IMG/VR virus record: IMGVR_UViG_3300024270_000061
DNA: 64,000 nucleotides
Origin: a virus
Strand: one strand, 5' to 3'
Part shown: piece after piece, positions 39,501 through 47,335 of the stretch
Position numbering within the stretch: the first letter of the stretch is position 1
Layout: every line of letters begins with the position of its first letter
Program-made: the position numbers and the translations under genes
Notes under the pieces: model-generated
Databases searched by the model: none
What the model was told of the DNA's origin: nothing
The model's input: the letters and a program-made list of their open reading frames with translations, nothing else

Positions 39501-40130
39501 TTAGCCGTTGATGATCTTGATGTTACAGGGAGCCATAGCGTCGAGCGCCGTTTTGTGAGATTCGGGAGATACACAAGCGCAGCAAGCTGCGTCCACGATG
39601 ATCTCTGCCTCGGGAAGCACAGCGCGAAGCAGCATGGCGTTGCTCAGCACGCAAATGCCCGTACAGACTCCGCAAAGAACGATACGGTCATACTGTTCAT
39701 CGCTTGCTACATTAGAGAGAACAACGCTTCCGAAGGTGGGCTTATTGAGCATGGCGAAAAAATGACCAGAGCCAGCACAGTTCATCTTCGAATAGGATTT
39801 TTGTACGTCCTCGTTGATCTGCCAACCATCACTGTTCTGAATACAGTGAGGAACCGGGAGCATTTTGCCTTCAGCCGTGTCCATGTAGTTGTCTTGGTGC
39901 GTGTCTCTGGTCATGATGATGTCGCCCTGCCAGCCTTCGATTTTCTCGCAGACCTTGGGCACGATTGCCTTGGCCTCGTCTGTGCCAAGGACACCTGTTA
40001 CGAAGTCGTTTTGCATGTCAACGACTACAAGAAGTTCCTTCAAATTCCTTTCCTCCTTGATATGTTTTAGATGATGTTCGTCATCTATGACCTCGGCTTT
40101 TCTTGTCGAAACTGCCAGGGTCATGCCCAA
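39501..40130 (-). CDS. pncA: isochorismatase-family nicotinamidase (PncA-like)
   Basis: VVDMQNDF, DTH, and catalytic Cys in VLCGVCTGICV. Confidence 0.75.
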   Translation of the reverse strand: MGMTLAVSTRKAEVIDDEHHLKHIKEERNLKELLVVVDMQNDFVTGVLGTDEAKAIVPKVCEKIEGWQGDIIMTRDTHQDNYMDTAEGKMLPVPHCIQNSDGWQINEDVQKSYSKMNCAGSGHFFAMLNKPTFGSVVLSNVASDEQYDRIVLCGVCTGICVLSNAMLLRAVLPEAEIIVDAACCACVSPESHKTALDAMAPCNIKIING

Positions 40131-40144
40131 CGAATCGTGAGGCG

Positions 40145-40725
40145 AAGCGGCAAATAATAATTCGGTGCCCTGTGTGCGAGGAACTTAGGGGAAGTTCAGC
40201 CTTGGCTGAAGTTCATCCGAAGTTTCGAGCGCACAGCCTGCGGAGGATCTTTGATCCGAAGCAGGATTTGCCGCGAGCCGAACGAAAGGAGCATTGGGTT
40301 TCACTTTCGATTACACCAGAAAGTCACAATCTCCAGAAATTATGTATTCATGTTTACTGGTGATTGGTATCTTCATGACGAACTGTGATTGTGAATGCTT
40401 CGCAATCTGCATTGTATGGATGAGCTTGAGGATGACAGTGCGGGCCCTGGATACCGGTCGGCGAAGAGTCGTCAGCTCGTGCTATGACGTGTTGAGATGT
40501 CTAACGACCATGCCGGATCTGCTCGGGATGGGCGGATGCTGCAGACTCGACGTTATAAATAGCGCGATGGCCGCGTTCATCGCCTGATCGCTGAGCGCCT
40601 GAAGCCGGGCTGCCGGCTCGCAGGTGCCTCTGGGGCGGGGTACGTCATCCTAACCTTTTGATACTCCGGATTACACCTCGAAGCACTTAATCCTTAGAAA
40701 TAAGAACCAAGTTATACATTGCGAA
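40145..40725 (-). other. 580-nt GC-rich non-coding region; paralogue of the RT leader, ending in a conserved 60-nt hairpin element
   Basis: No ORF with an RBS. Shares blocks with 52194-52559 (GACGTGTyGAG, CTCGGGA, GAGCsCCTGAAGsC, GTCrTCCTrACCTTTTG-TAC-CCGGATTACACCTCGA-GCA). Confidence 0.5.
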
Positions 40726-40736
40726 GTTAAAGGGAA

Positions 40737-40827
40737 TGGCGGAGAGAGTGGGATTCGAACCCACGGACGGCGCGGAGCCGTCGGCGGTTTTCAAGACCGC
40801 TGCCTTAAGCCGCTCGGCCATCTCTCC
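40737..40827 (-). tRNA. tRNA-Ser (anticodon UGA), class II, CCA encoded
   Basis: RC: GGAGAGATGGCCGAGCGG...CTTGAAA...GGTTCGAATCC...CGCCA. Confidence 0.8.
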
Positions 40828-40835
40828 ATTACGGG

Positions 40836-41042
40836 TCAGTTTTTTGTAAAAGGTATAACCACTTCTTTAAGAGCTTGAATTCTATCGAAACGGTCATTGC
40901 GGCCATCAACCCAGCGTTCTTTACCACAGCGTTTACAGCGATATTTCCGCATTGAGAATCGAACATTGCCGTCAGTAGATTCAAACCAACTTACTTTAAC
41001 GAACTTATGTCTGCAGAATAATGAGATAAGCCATTTTTTCAT
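40836..41042 (-). CDS. small zinc-ribbon protein
   Basis: CKRCGK; basic. Confidence 0.35.
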   Translation of the reverse strand: MKKWLISLFCRHKFVKVSWFESTDGNVRFSMRKYRCKRCGKERWVDGRNDRFDRIQALKEVVIPFTKN

Positions 41043-41053
41043 ACTGCGTCTCC

Positions 41054-41353
41054 TTAGAACTTTCCAAGTATAACGGCCTTATCGGATATGTATTCGCCGT
41101 TAATGGTATTGAAGTATTGACCGATCGGGCGAACAAGATAGACGATTGGATTTCCTCCGTACTTAATACAGGCTTTCTTGGCAAATTTCTGAGCAGTAGC
41201 AAGAGACGTTGTGAAGAAAACCTTATCTTCGTACTTCTTCCTCCAATGTTCACGCTTGCAATTCGTGATGATGGGAGGCAAGAGAATTTTGTGAATTTGG
41301 AGAGAATCCGTAGTTCCATGATAGAAAACTTTAGTATTCGCCGGAAAATTCAT
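41054..41353 (-). CDS. mini ART-fold protein resembling the C-terminal NAD-binding lobe of Tpt1/KptA
   Basis: VFYHGTTDSLQIHKIL ... KVFFTTSLATAQKFAKKACIKYGGNPIVYLV resembles KptA LYHGTASRFLDEI...YVHLSAD...GSPVIL. No N-terminal RNA-binding lobe is present. Confidence 0.4.
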   Translation of the reverse strand: MNFPANTKVFYHGTTDSLQIHKILLPPIITNCKREHWRKKYEDKVFFTTSLATAQKFAKKACIKYGGNPIVYLVRPIGQYFNTINGEYISDKAVILGKF

Positions 41354-41609
41354 GTTCAATGACCTCGCATCCGTGGGCGGCGTCTTCGATGAGCCCAATC
41401 AAAAGAGCTTCTACGTCATCAAGAAGGTTTGCATAGGTACTCCCGTAAAGCCCAACCATATTGTCCGAATCTCTTTCTTCGTCCTCCGGACTGGGGATAC
41501 GGACATTATGCTGCTCAAGAATTTCTTCGAACATATCGATAATTCTTGCCGCTTCGTCATGCGTATAGATGGTCTTTCTATCCGAATCAGATTTGACTAT
41601 ACCCGTCAT
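41331..41609 (-). CDS. acidic hypothetical protein
   Basis: ORF. Confidence 0.35.
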   Translation of the reverse strand: MTGIVKSDSDRKTIYTHDEAARIIDMFEEILEQHNVRIPSPEDEERDSDNMVGLYGSTYANLLDDVEALLIGLIEDAAHGCEVIEHEFSGEY

Positions 41610-41838
41610 CGTACTCCTCCTTGATGATTTCTTGTCCTCTGCATCCTCTTTCGAGTCAAGCGGCTTGGAACGCTTCTTGCTGCATTACAAGCGGCAGACA
41701 GCCCAGTCCTACTATCTGCCGGATGTCCAGCTGTACTGGTTGGAGGGAACGCGATACTCCTGGCAAGCGCGAGCCTGTCTCCATCAAGCTCGTAAATGCG
41801 CTTTCATGCCCTGTCAATAACCAAGTGTATCGCAGCAG

Positions 41839-41914
41839 TGGTCTTCCTGGCGGGACTCGAACCCGCGACTCCTTGATTAAAAGTCAAGTGCTCTACCAAC
41901 TGAGCTACAGGAAG
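41839..41914 (-). tRNA. tRNA-Lys (UUU), CCA encoded
   Basis: RC: CTTCCTGTAGCTCAGTTGGTAGAGCACTTGACTTTTAATCAAG...GGTTCGAGTCCCGCCAGGAAGACCA. Confidence 0.85.
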
Positions 41915-41918
41915 GTAA

Positions 41919-41993
41919 TGGCGGCTCGTCAGGGATTCGAACCCCGAACCTATCGGTTAACAGCCGAGTGCTCTACCTTTGAGCTAACGAGCC
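41919..41993 (-). tRNA. tRNA-Asn (GUU), CCA encoded
   Basis: Anticodon loop CTGTTAA; T arm GGTTCGAATCC. Confidence 0.8.
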
Positions 41994-42031
41994 ATGATGC
42001 CACCGCCATTGTCGTAGAGGTGGCAAACAGA

Positions 42032-42223
42032 TTAGAATAACCGCTTTCCGCAAGTCGGGCAGCGGTAGATGGTGAAATTTCCGATCTTATAATCGGTTCC
42101 ATTGGTTTTGCAGTTGATCGGAAGATATTCGTTATCCCATTTCAGGCGATGGATTTCTCTTCCGTTCTTATCGACTTCGGCAACATATGGAACATAGCCT
42201 TTCGGATTGCATACACTGCACAT
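42032..42223 (-). CDS. zinc-ribbon small protein
   Basis: CSVCN ... CPTCGK. Confidence 0.35.
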   Translation of the reverse strand: MCSVCNPKGYVPYVAEVDKNGREIHRLKWDNEYLPINCKTNGTDYKIGNFTIYRCPTCGKRLF

Positions 42224-42536
42224 AAATCACGCACCTTCTTCCAGAAGATCGTCTTCAGTCATTTCATCCATGTCGCTTCTCATCGCCTGAAGTTTTCTCT
42301 GATCCGAAATCTTGTTGCTGGACATAGAATTCGGGCTACCTCCCCATGACTTGCGGGGATTGCACATACAGCAGGAGCAGTGAATCTTGTTCTTGGAATA
42401 TTGATGAAGATTGTCATACCAGTCTCCACCCATAATGTTCCTGACGATGGAACGCTTGCGTTTTGCATGTTTCCAATCCATCTTTCTGGAACGACCTCTG
42501 TTATTCGGCTTCATGCTATCACTCCTTGCTAAAGAA

Positions 42537-42629
42537 TGGCGGAAGGTGTGAGATTCGAACTCACGGTGCCCGAATTTCAGGCACGCCTGATTAGCAATCA
42601 GGTGCATTAAGCCACTCTGCCAACCTTCC
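42537..42629 (-). tRNA. tRNA-Ser (GCU), class II, CCA encoded
   Basis: Anticodon loop TTGCTAA; long variable arm. Confidence 0.8.
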
Positions 42630-42632
42630 AGA

Positions 42633-42707
42633 TGGAGCTCCCATTCGGATTTGAACCGAAAACCAATCGCTTACGATGCGATTGCTCTGCCGTTGAGCTA
42701 TAGGAGC
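42633..42707 (-). tRNA. tRNA-Thr (CGU), CCA encoded
   Basis: Anticodon loop ATCGTAA; T arm GGTTCAAATCC. Confidence 0.75.
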
Positions 42708-42975
42708 ACTTGTGTCTACAATTTCAATCGAACTTCCGATTTCTTCTCCAGCGCCTGCACCAACAGAAATCGCAATCCAGATACCCGACACGATGCCCGT
42801 CGATTTTGCACACCGAAGAACCATGCGCCACATGTTCTCGATTGCCACAACTTCCGCAGCAGCGCCCTTCTCTTACGTCGTCTGAAGCGTATACTTTCAG
42901 GCCGTTGTTGCTATTGCGAGTATCATAAGAAAGACATATGAGCAACGAGAACACCTCCTAAAATGATTGATGAAA

Positions 42976-43052
42976 TGGAGCCGGATATGGGACTCGAACC
43001 CATGACCCTGCGCTTACAAAACGCACGCTCTGGCCATCTGAGCTAATCCGGC
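42976..43052 (-). tRNA. tRNA-Thr (UGU), CCA encoded
   Basis: Anticodon loop TTTGTAA; T arm GGTTCGAGTCC. Confidence 0.75.
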
Positions 43053-43057
43053 ATGTG

Positions 43058-43133
43058 TGGTGGCCTCTGCTGGTAACGATCCAGCCTCCGTAGATTTTCA
43101 GTCTACTGCTTTCACCATGTAAGCTAAAAGGCC
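43058..43133 (-). tRNA. tRNA-Phe (GAA) candidate with atypical T-loop ATCGTTA
   Basis: RC: GGCCTTTTAGCTTACATGGTGAAAGCAGTAGACTGAAAATCTAC...GCTGGATCGTTACCAGCAGAGGCCACCA. Confidence 0.5.
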
Positions 43134-43140
43134 AAGTAAA

Positions 43141-43217
43141 TGGTGCCGAGGGTGGGACTTGAACCCACAAATCGCAGATTTTGAGGCTGCTTCCTATGCC
43201 ATTTCGGATACCCCGGC
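43141..43217 (-). tRNA. class-I tRNA with a CAA anticodon in loop CTCAAAA (identity ambiguous), CCA encoded
   Basis: RC: GCCGGGGTATCCGAAATGGCATAGGAAGCAGCCTCAAAATCTGCGATTTGTGGGTTCAAGTCCCACCCTCGGCACCA. Short variable arm. Confidence 0.55.
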
Positions 43218-43380
43218 TTGTGTGTTTCCCGCTTAGATTGAACATTGTATCCTTTGGGTCACGGCTACTCAGATCAAGCCGAACATTTGCAACTGTCCAG
43301 TTCCAATGCTTTTCAGCGGACATTTTCATTCTCTGTGAGGAATCCACAACGCTCACATCAGCAGGGAGCGACCCTGCATT

Positions 43381-43463
43381 TGGTATGGATGAAGGGATTC
43401 GAACCCTTACGCTTACGCACTGGGACTTAAAACCAGCGTGCCTGCCAATTACACCACATCCAC
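43381..43463 (-). tRNA. tRNA-Leu (UAA) candidate, class II, CCA encoded
   Basis: Anticodon region CTGGTTTTAAGTCCCAG; variable-arm hairpin TGCGTAAGCGTA; T arm GGTTCGAATCC. Confidence 0.6.
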
Positions 43464-43739
43464 TTAGTCTATTTTGTTGCGCCATTCATCATAGCTGGGA
43501 GGAGACATACCCTCATACTCATCGCTGTTATGGTCAATTGCCCATTGTACGAGGAACAAAAGATACCGCTCCCAACGCACGTCATAATCGTCCAGCAATG
43601 CACAATTGGTCAACCTCATGCCACTTTGTTCGAGCCATCCGAATTCATGCTCAAGCATTTCTATCGGAGGAAGCTCGGCTGTTGGCTCCTCTTGATAATT
43701 GATAATTGCAACGAAGGTTCTTTCATCCACCGCTATCAA
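43464..43739 (-). CDS. hypothetical protein (91 aa)
   Basis: ORF. Confidence 0.4.
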   Translation of the reverse strand: MIAVDERTFVAIINYQEEPTAELPPIEMLEHEFGWLEQSGMRLTNCALLDDYDVRWERYLLFLVQWAIDHNSDEYEGMSPPSYDEWRNKID

Positions 43740-43806
43740 CCTTTCCTATGGAAAGGCACCCCGCCACAATGAACGGGGTGCCAAGAGAATATGTGTTTAT
43801 GTACAA

Positions 43807-45300
43807 TTAGTGCTTGTCGGCAATAGCTCCACCAAGCATACCGGACAGCAGAGCCATCAGATCCAGACCGGTTGCATCCTTGAAGCCGTCTTGCACCTGC
43901 TTCATACCGGTCGTAACCGTGCCGGTCAGATTGGAGGTGCCGCCCTCGTAGATGGTCATGTTGTCGATGCTTTCCATGGGCTTCGCAATTGCCGCTGCAA
44001 TGTCCGGCATGGTCTTGACGTATTCCAACGCGACGTCCAGAACCATCTGCTGCTTCGCGGCATCGTCGTATTCCTTCATGGCTTCCGCCTTCTTCAGAAT
44101 ACCAACAGCTTCAGCCTCCGCTTTAGCCTGGATGGCTTCGGCTTCAGCGCGACCCTTTGCGGCAACGCCTGCCGCCTCGTTCTCCATAGCAATACGCTCT
44201 GCTTCGGAACGCGCCTTTTCGGCGGCGGCTCTTTGTTCAGCTTCGAACAGCTCAGCGTCTGCCTTCTTCTGTCGCTGGAAAAGCTCAGCCTCTGATGCCT
44301 TCTGAAGTTCGTACAGACGAGCGTCGGCTCTCTGCTGAGCAGCATACTTGTCTGCTTCAGCCTTCTTCTTGATCTCGGCATCCAGAGCGCGTTCACGGAT
44401 GGCGACTTCACGTTCCTTCAGCTCAATCTCCTTTTCCAGACGAGCCAAGTTAGCCTCGGCAGTCTTAGTTTCGATAGAAGCACGCTGTTCCTGCTCCTGA
44501 ATGGAATAAGCAGCATCGGCTTCTGCTCGCTTGGCATCCTCGATCTTTTTCAGTTCGGCTCTCTGGATTGCCAATTCGTTCTTGCGCTTAGCAATCTCTT
44601 GCTCAGACTTGACCTGAGCTTCGTTGGCAGCCATAGCGGCCTGCGCTCTGGCAATGGCAATTTCCTTTTCGGCCTGAGCCTTGGAAACAGCCGCATCCTT
44701 GGAAATCTGAACCGTGTTTTCCAGACCCAGATTATCAATGACGCCGTTGCGATCCTTGAAGTTCTGGATGTTGAAGGTGGTCAGCTCCAAGCCCATATCA
44801 CGCAGATTGGGCGTTACGTTCTCAATGATGCGTTCAGCGAAAGTCTTCTTGTCGCCCTGAATGAGTTCTTTCAGAGTGGTCTGAGAAATAATTTCGCGGA
44901 TGTTGCCTTCGAGAACGGGAGTGATGATTTCCTTGATTTGCTCGGGCTTATAGCCAAGGAACTTGGATGCTGCAATCTTCAGCAGTTCGGGTTCTTTGGA
45001 AATCGCCACGTTGGCCACCGCATCAACCATAATATTGATTGCGTCCTTGGTGGGAATCTCATCGCGGGAAGTAAAGTCGGACTGAATGTTTTCGAGCGAC
45101 ATGTAGTCAACTCGCTGGATAATGGGGATGACAAGAGCGCCCTGACCAATGATGGTTCTCGAACCACGCGGGCCGGTGATGACCATTGCAATGTTCGGGG
45201 GAGCCTTCTTGTACATAACCTTGCCGATGAAGACAACCAAGAGGACTGCGGCGATGAAACAACCAACAAAAACAGCGGCAGACATGATAGATTCGAGCAT
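43807..45300 (-). CDS. flotillin/SPFH (band 7) family membrane protein with a long EA-rich coiled coil
   Basis: N-terminal TM helix, an SPFH-like core (ITGPRGSRTIIGQGALVIPIIQ...) and a roughly 200-aa A/E/K-rich coiled coil. AAAGGAGA RBS. Confidence 0.75.
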   Translation of the reverse strand: MLESIMSAAVFVGCFIAAVLLVVFIGKVMYKKAPPNIAMVITGPRGSRTIIGQGALVIPIIQRVDYMSLENIQSDFTSRDEIPTKDAINIMVDAVANVAISKEPELLKIAASKFLGYKPEQIKEIITPVLEGNIREIISQTTLKELIQGDKKTFAERIIENVTPNLRDMGLELTTFNIQNFKDRNGVIDNLGLENTVQISKDAAVSKAQAEKEIAIARAQAAMAANEAQVKSEQEIAKRKNELAIQRAELKKIEDAKRAEADAAYSIQEQEQRASIETKTAEANLARLEKEIELKEREVAIRERALDAEIKKKAEADKYAAQQRADARLYELQKASEAELFQRQKKADAELFEAEQRAAAEKARSEAERIAMENEAAGVAAKGRAEAEAIQAKAEAEAVGILKKAEAMKEYDDAAKQQMVLDVALEYVKTMPDIAAAIAKPMESIDNMTIYEGGTSNLTGTVTTGMKQVQDGFKDATGLDLMALLSGMLGGAIADKH

Positions 45301-45409
45301 TCTGATTCTCCTTTGGTTCTATTTAAGTTCCCGCTGATACCAGCTCCGAGGATCACCCATCGCCCTGATAAGACTAATGCGAAAACCTTGAATCGGAGAT
45401 TTGATATAG

Positions 45410-45502
45410 CTTTAACCCTTGACCCTTAACGCTTGAGCTTTATTGCGTATAAACTTTAATGCCTAAGCCTTACACTTTGAGCTTTATGCTTTGAGCTTTG
45501 AG
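45410..45502. repeat. degenerate tandem heptamers (CTCAAAG on the minus strand; GCTTTGAG / CCTTAAC on plus) upstream of the flotillin gene
   Basis: Plus strand: ...cccttgacccttaacgcttgagctttatt...ctttgagctttatgctttgagctttgag. Confidence 0.7.
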
Positions 45503-45530
45503 ACAAAAAACAAGCGCTCCTGGCTTGTTT
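45501..45530 (-). terminator. Rho-independent terminator
   Basis: Stem AACAAGC/GCTTGTT with loop GCTCCTG, followed on the minus strand by TTTTTTGT. Confidence 0.7.
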
Positions 45531-45673
45531 CTCTATGCTTTGCATAGCATCTTCATATTATATCGCAACCCAAATGCGTTTCCCTGTTTACATTTATTTG
45601 GCATTCGTCCAAACAGGGGAAAGTGTCGAATGAGCCTATCGTTTAGGGTTTTCAGTAACAGCGGAATCTTATT

Positions 45674-46321
45674 TTACTTGGTATCGTAGCTGACAGTGAT
45701 GGTAGTCAGCGCATTGCTTACGCTCAGCGCAGCATCAATTTCAGCATCGAAAGCATCGATCTGCTCACTGAGCTGTTCGACCTTGGCTTTGATGTCAAGG
45801 GGATCGACCATATCCAGAGAGTTCATTTCGATGTATGCTTCACGGGTCTTAATGGCTTCGTCACTCTTTGCCTTTTCACTGTTGGCAAACAGGCCGGAAA
45901 CATAGGCGTCTGCCTTAGCCTGAAGCTCATCTCCGTTGGTGCGCTTGAAGTCCAGCGTTGCGGCAGCGAACTGCACTGTCATCTGCTTGACAAGCAGACG
46001 CAGGTTTTCCATGCCGGTCTTCTTCATCTCAATGGCTTCTGCAACCGTATAGGACTTGCCGCCAATGGTCACTTTGGTCTGGGCATTGGAGATGGACAGC
46101 GCATTACGGATCGCCGCTCTGCGATTGATACGAGCAATGATGCTTTCATAATCGCTCTTCATGCCATCCTTGTAGTCACCGACAGGCTTGCCGGCAATCT
46201 TATCATTAGAATGCTTGTTCGTGGTAATAAAAGTCGTGCCACGAATCTGATTCTGGATTCGATCATCCAGAATCTTGAGGGTGCTGAGAGCCTGATGGAC
46301 AGTCATGGTTTCCGTAGTCAT
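45674..46321 (-). CDS. hypothetical protein (215 aa)
   Basis: ORF. Confidence 0.5.
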   Translation of the reverse strand: MTTETMTVHQALSTLKILDDRIQNQIRGTTFITTNKHSNDKIAGKPVGDYKDGMKSDYESIIARINRRAAIRNALSISNAQTKVTIGGKSYTVAEAIEMKKTGMENLRLLVKQMTVQFAAATLDFKRTNGDELQAKADAYVSGLFANSEKAKSDEAIKTREAYIEMNSLDMVDPLDIKAKVEQLSEQIDAFDAEIDAALSVSNALTTITVSYDTK

Positions 46322-46349
46322 GTAAATACCCCTTCCTTTTCTTCTGAGT

Positions 46350-46424
46350 TGGCTGTGGCGGTTGGGTTCGAACCAACGAATGCGGGAGTCAAAGTCCCGT
46401 GCCTTACCGCTTGGCTACGCCACA
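46350..46424 (-). tRNA. tRNA-Gln (UUG), CCA encoded
   Basis: U1-A72; anticodon loop CTTTGAC; T arm GGTTCGAACC. Confidence 0.8.
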
Positions 46425-46427
46425 ATG

Positions 46428-46502
46428 TGGTGGAGGATAAGGGGCTCGAACCCTCAACCTTCCGCTTGCAAAGCGGATGCTCTACCTTTGAGCTAATCCC
46501 CC
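46428..46502 (-). tRNA. tRNA-Ala (UGC), CCA encoded
   Basis: G3-U70 identity pair; anticodon loop TTTGCAA. Confidence 0.85.
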
Positions 46503-46783
46503 AGGTTGCACAGCGACCAATCTTCATCTCCAATGTCATGCTGAATTAAGGTGGACATGGAACAAGCGTCCTTGCGTGAGCTCCCACAGGCCAAGTGCCA
46601 TATCTCTCAATGTTCTATTAGCCCTTAATCCCTCTGCGTAATTCGTCTTATGAGTGCATTCCATCAGTTAGAAAAACCGATCCTGCGCATGGCGGCTTCT
46701 ATTCAGTTTTGAAAGGACGTATAAAGCCGCAACGGTAGTCCGTTTTCGCAGCTACGGATGTCTAATTTGTGCTGCGTCAGCGT

Positions 46784-46857
46784 TGCGCCCGAAGGGAATC
46801 GAACCCTTGACCACGCAGTTTCCCCTGCGTGACTCTACCAACTGAGTTACGAGGCGC
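46784..46857 (-). tRNA. tRNA-like gene with an aberrant 6-nt anticodon loop (GGGAAA) and no encoded CCA; possible pseudo-tRNA
   Basis: RC: GCGCCTCGTAACTCAGTTGGTAGAGTCACGCAGGGGAAACTGCGTGGTCAAGGGTTCGATTCCCTTCGGGCGCA. Good D and T arms; 7-bp anticodon stem with a 6-nt loop. Confidence 0.45.
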
Positions 46858-47044
46858 ATAGAAACCTCTGATACTTTTTCATCGCTTGTTTTCACAACCC
46901 TGAATCAATTAACAGGAAACGGTTTAATGTTATCAGAGGCGAGACGACCTAAGCCTTTTTGCCGTTAGAAAGCATTATCTTGTCGCCTGGAGGGGCGGAT
47001 TTTCTCATGCTCCGCCATACAAGGAACCCTGAATCTAACTGGGT

Positions 47045-47121
47045 TGGCAGGGGAAGAAGGATTTGAACCCTCATCTACATCTGATTTGGAATCAGGAGTT
47101 TTTCCGTTAAACTATTCCCCT
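47045..47121 (-). tRNA. tRNA-Trp (CCA), CCA encoded
   Basis: Anticodon loop TTCCAAA; T arm GGTTCAAATCC. Confidence 0.8.
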
Positions 47122-47179
47122 TCGTAAGCGACTGCCGAAACAACCGCTACTTTTGATAGACTTACGCCTTTATGATGGC

Positions 47180-47256
47180 TGGCGCACCAAGAGGGACTCG
47201 AACCCCCGACACATGGCTTAGAAGGCCAATGCTCTATCCATCTGAGCTACTGGTGC
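47180..47256 (-). tRNA. tRNA-Arg (UCU), CCA encoded
   Basis: Anticodon loop CTTCTAA; T arm GGTTCGAGTCC. Confidence 0.8.
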
Positions 47257-47261
47257 AGAAG

Positions 47262-47335
47262 TGGAGCACCGTGCGGGAATCGAACCCGCGACACATACTT
47301 GGAAGGAACGTGTTTTGCCACTAAACTAACGGTGC
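47262..47335 (-). tRNA. tRNA-Gly (UCC), CCA encoded
   Basis: Anticodon loop CTTCCAA; T arm GGTTCGATTCC. Confidence 0.75.

Noticed and set aside
42958-43702. ORFs of about 175 aa on both strands across 42958-43702
   Set aside because: They run through five tRNA genes and are tRNA sequence read as protein.
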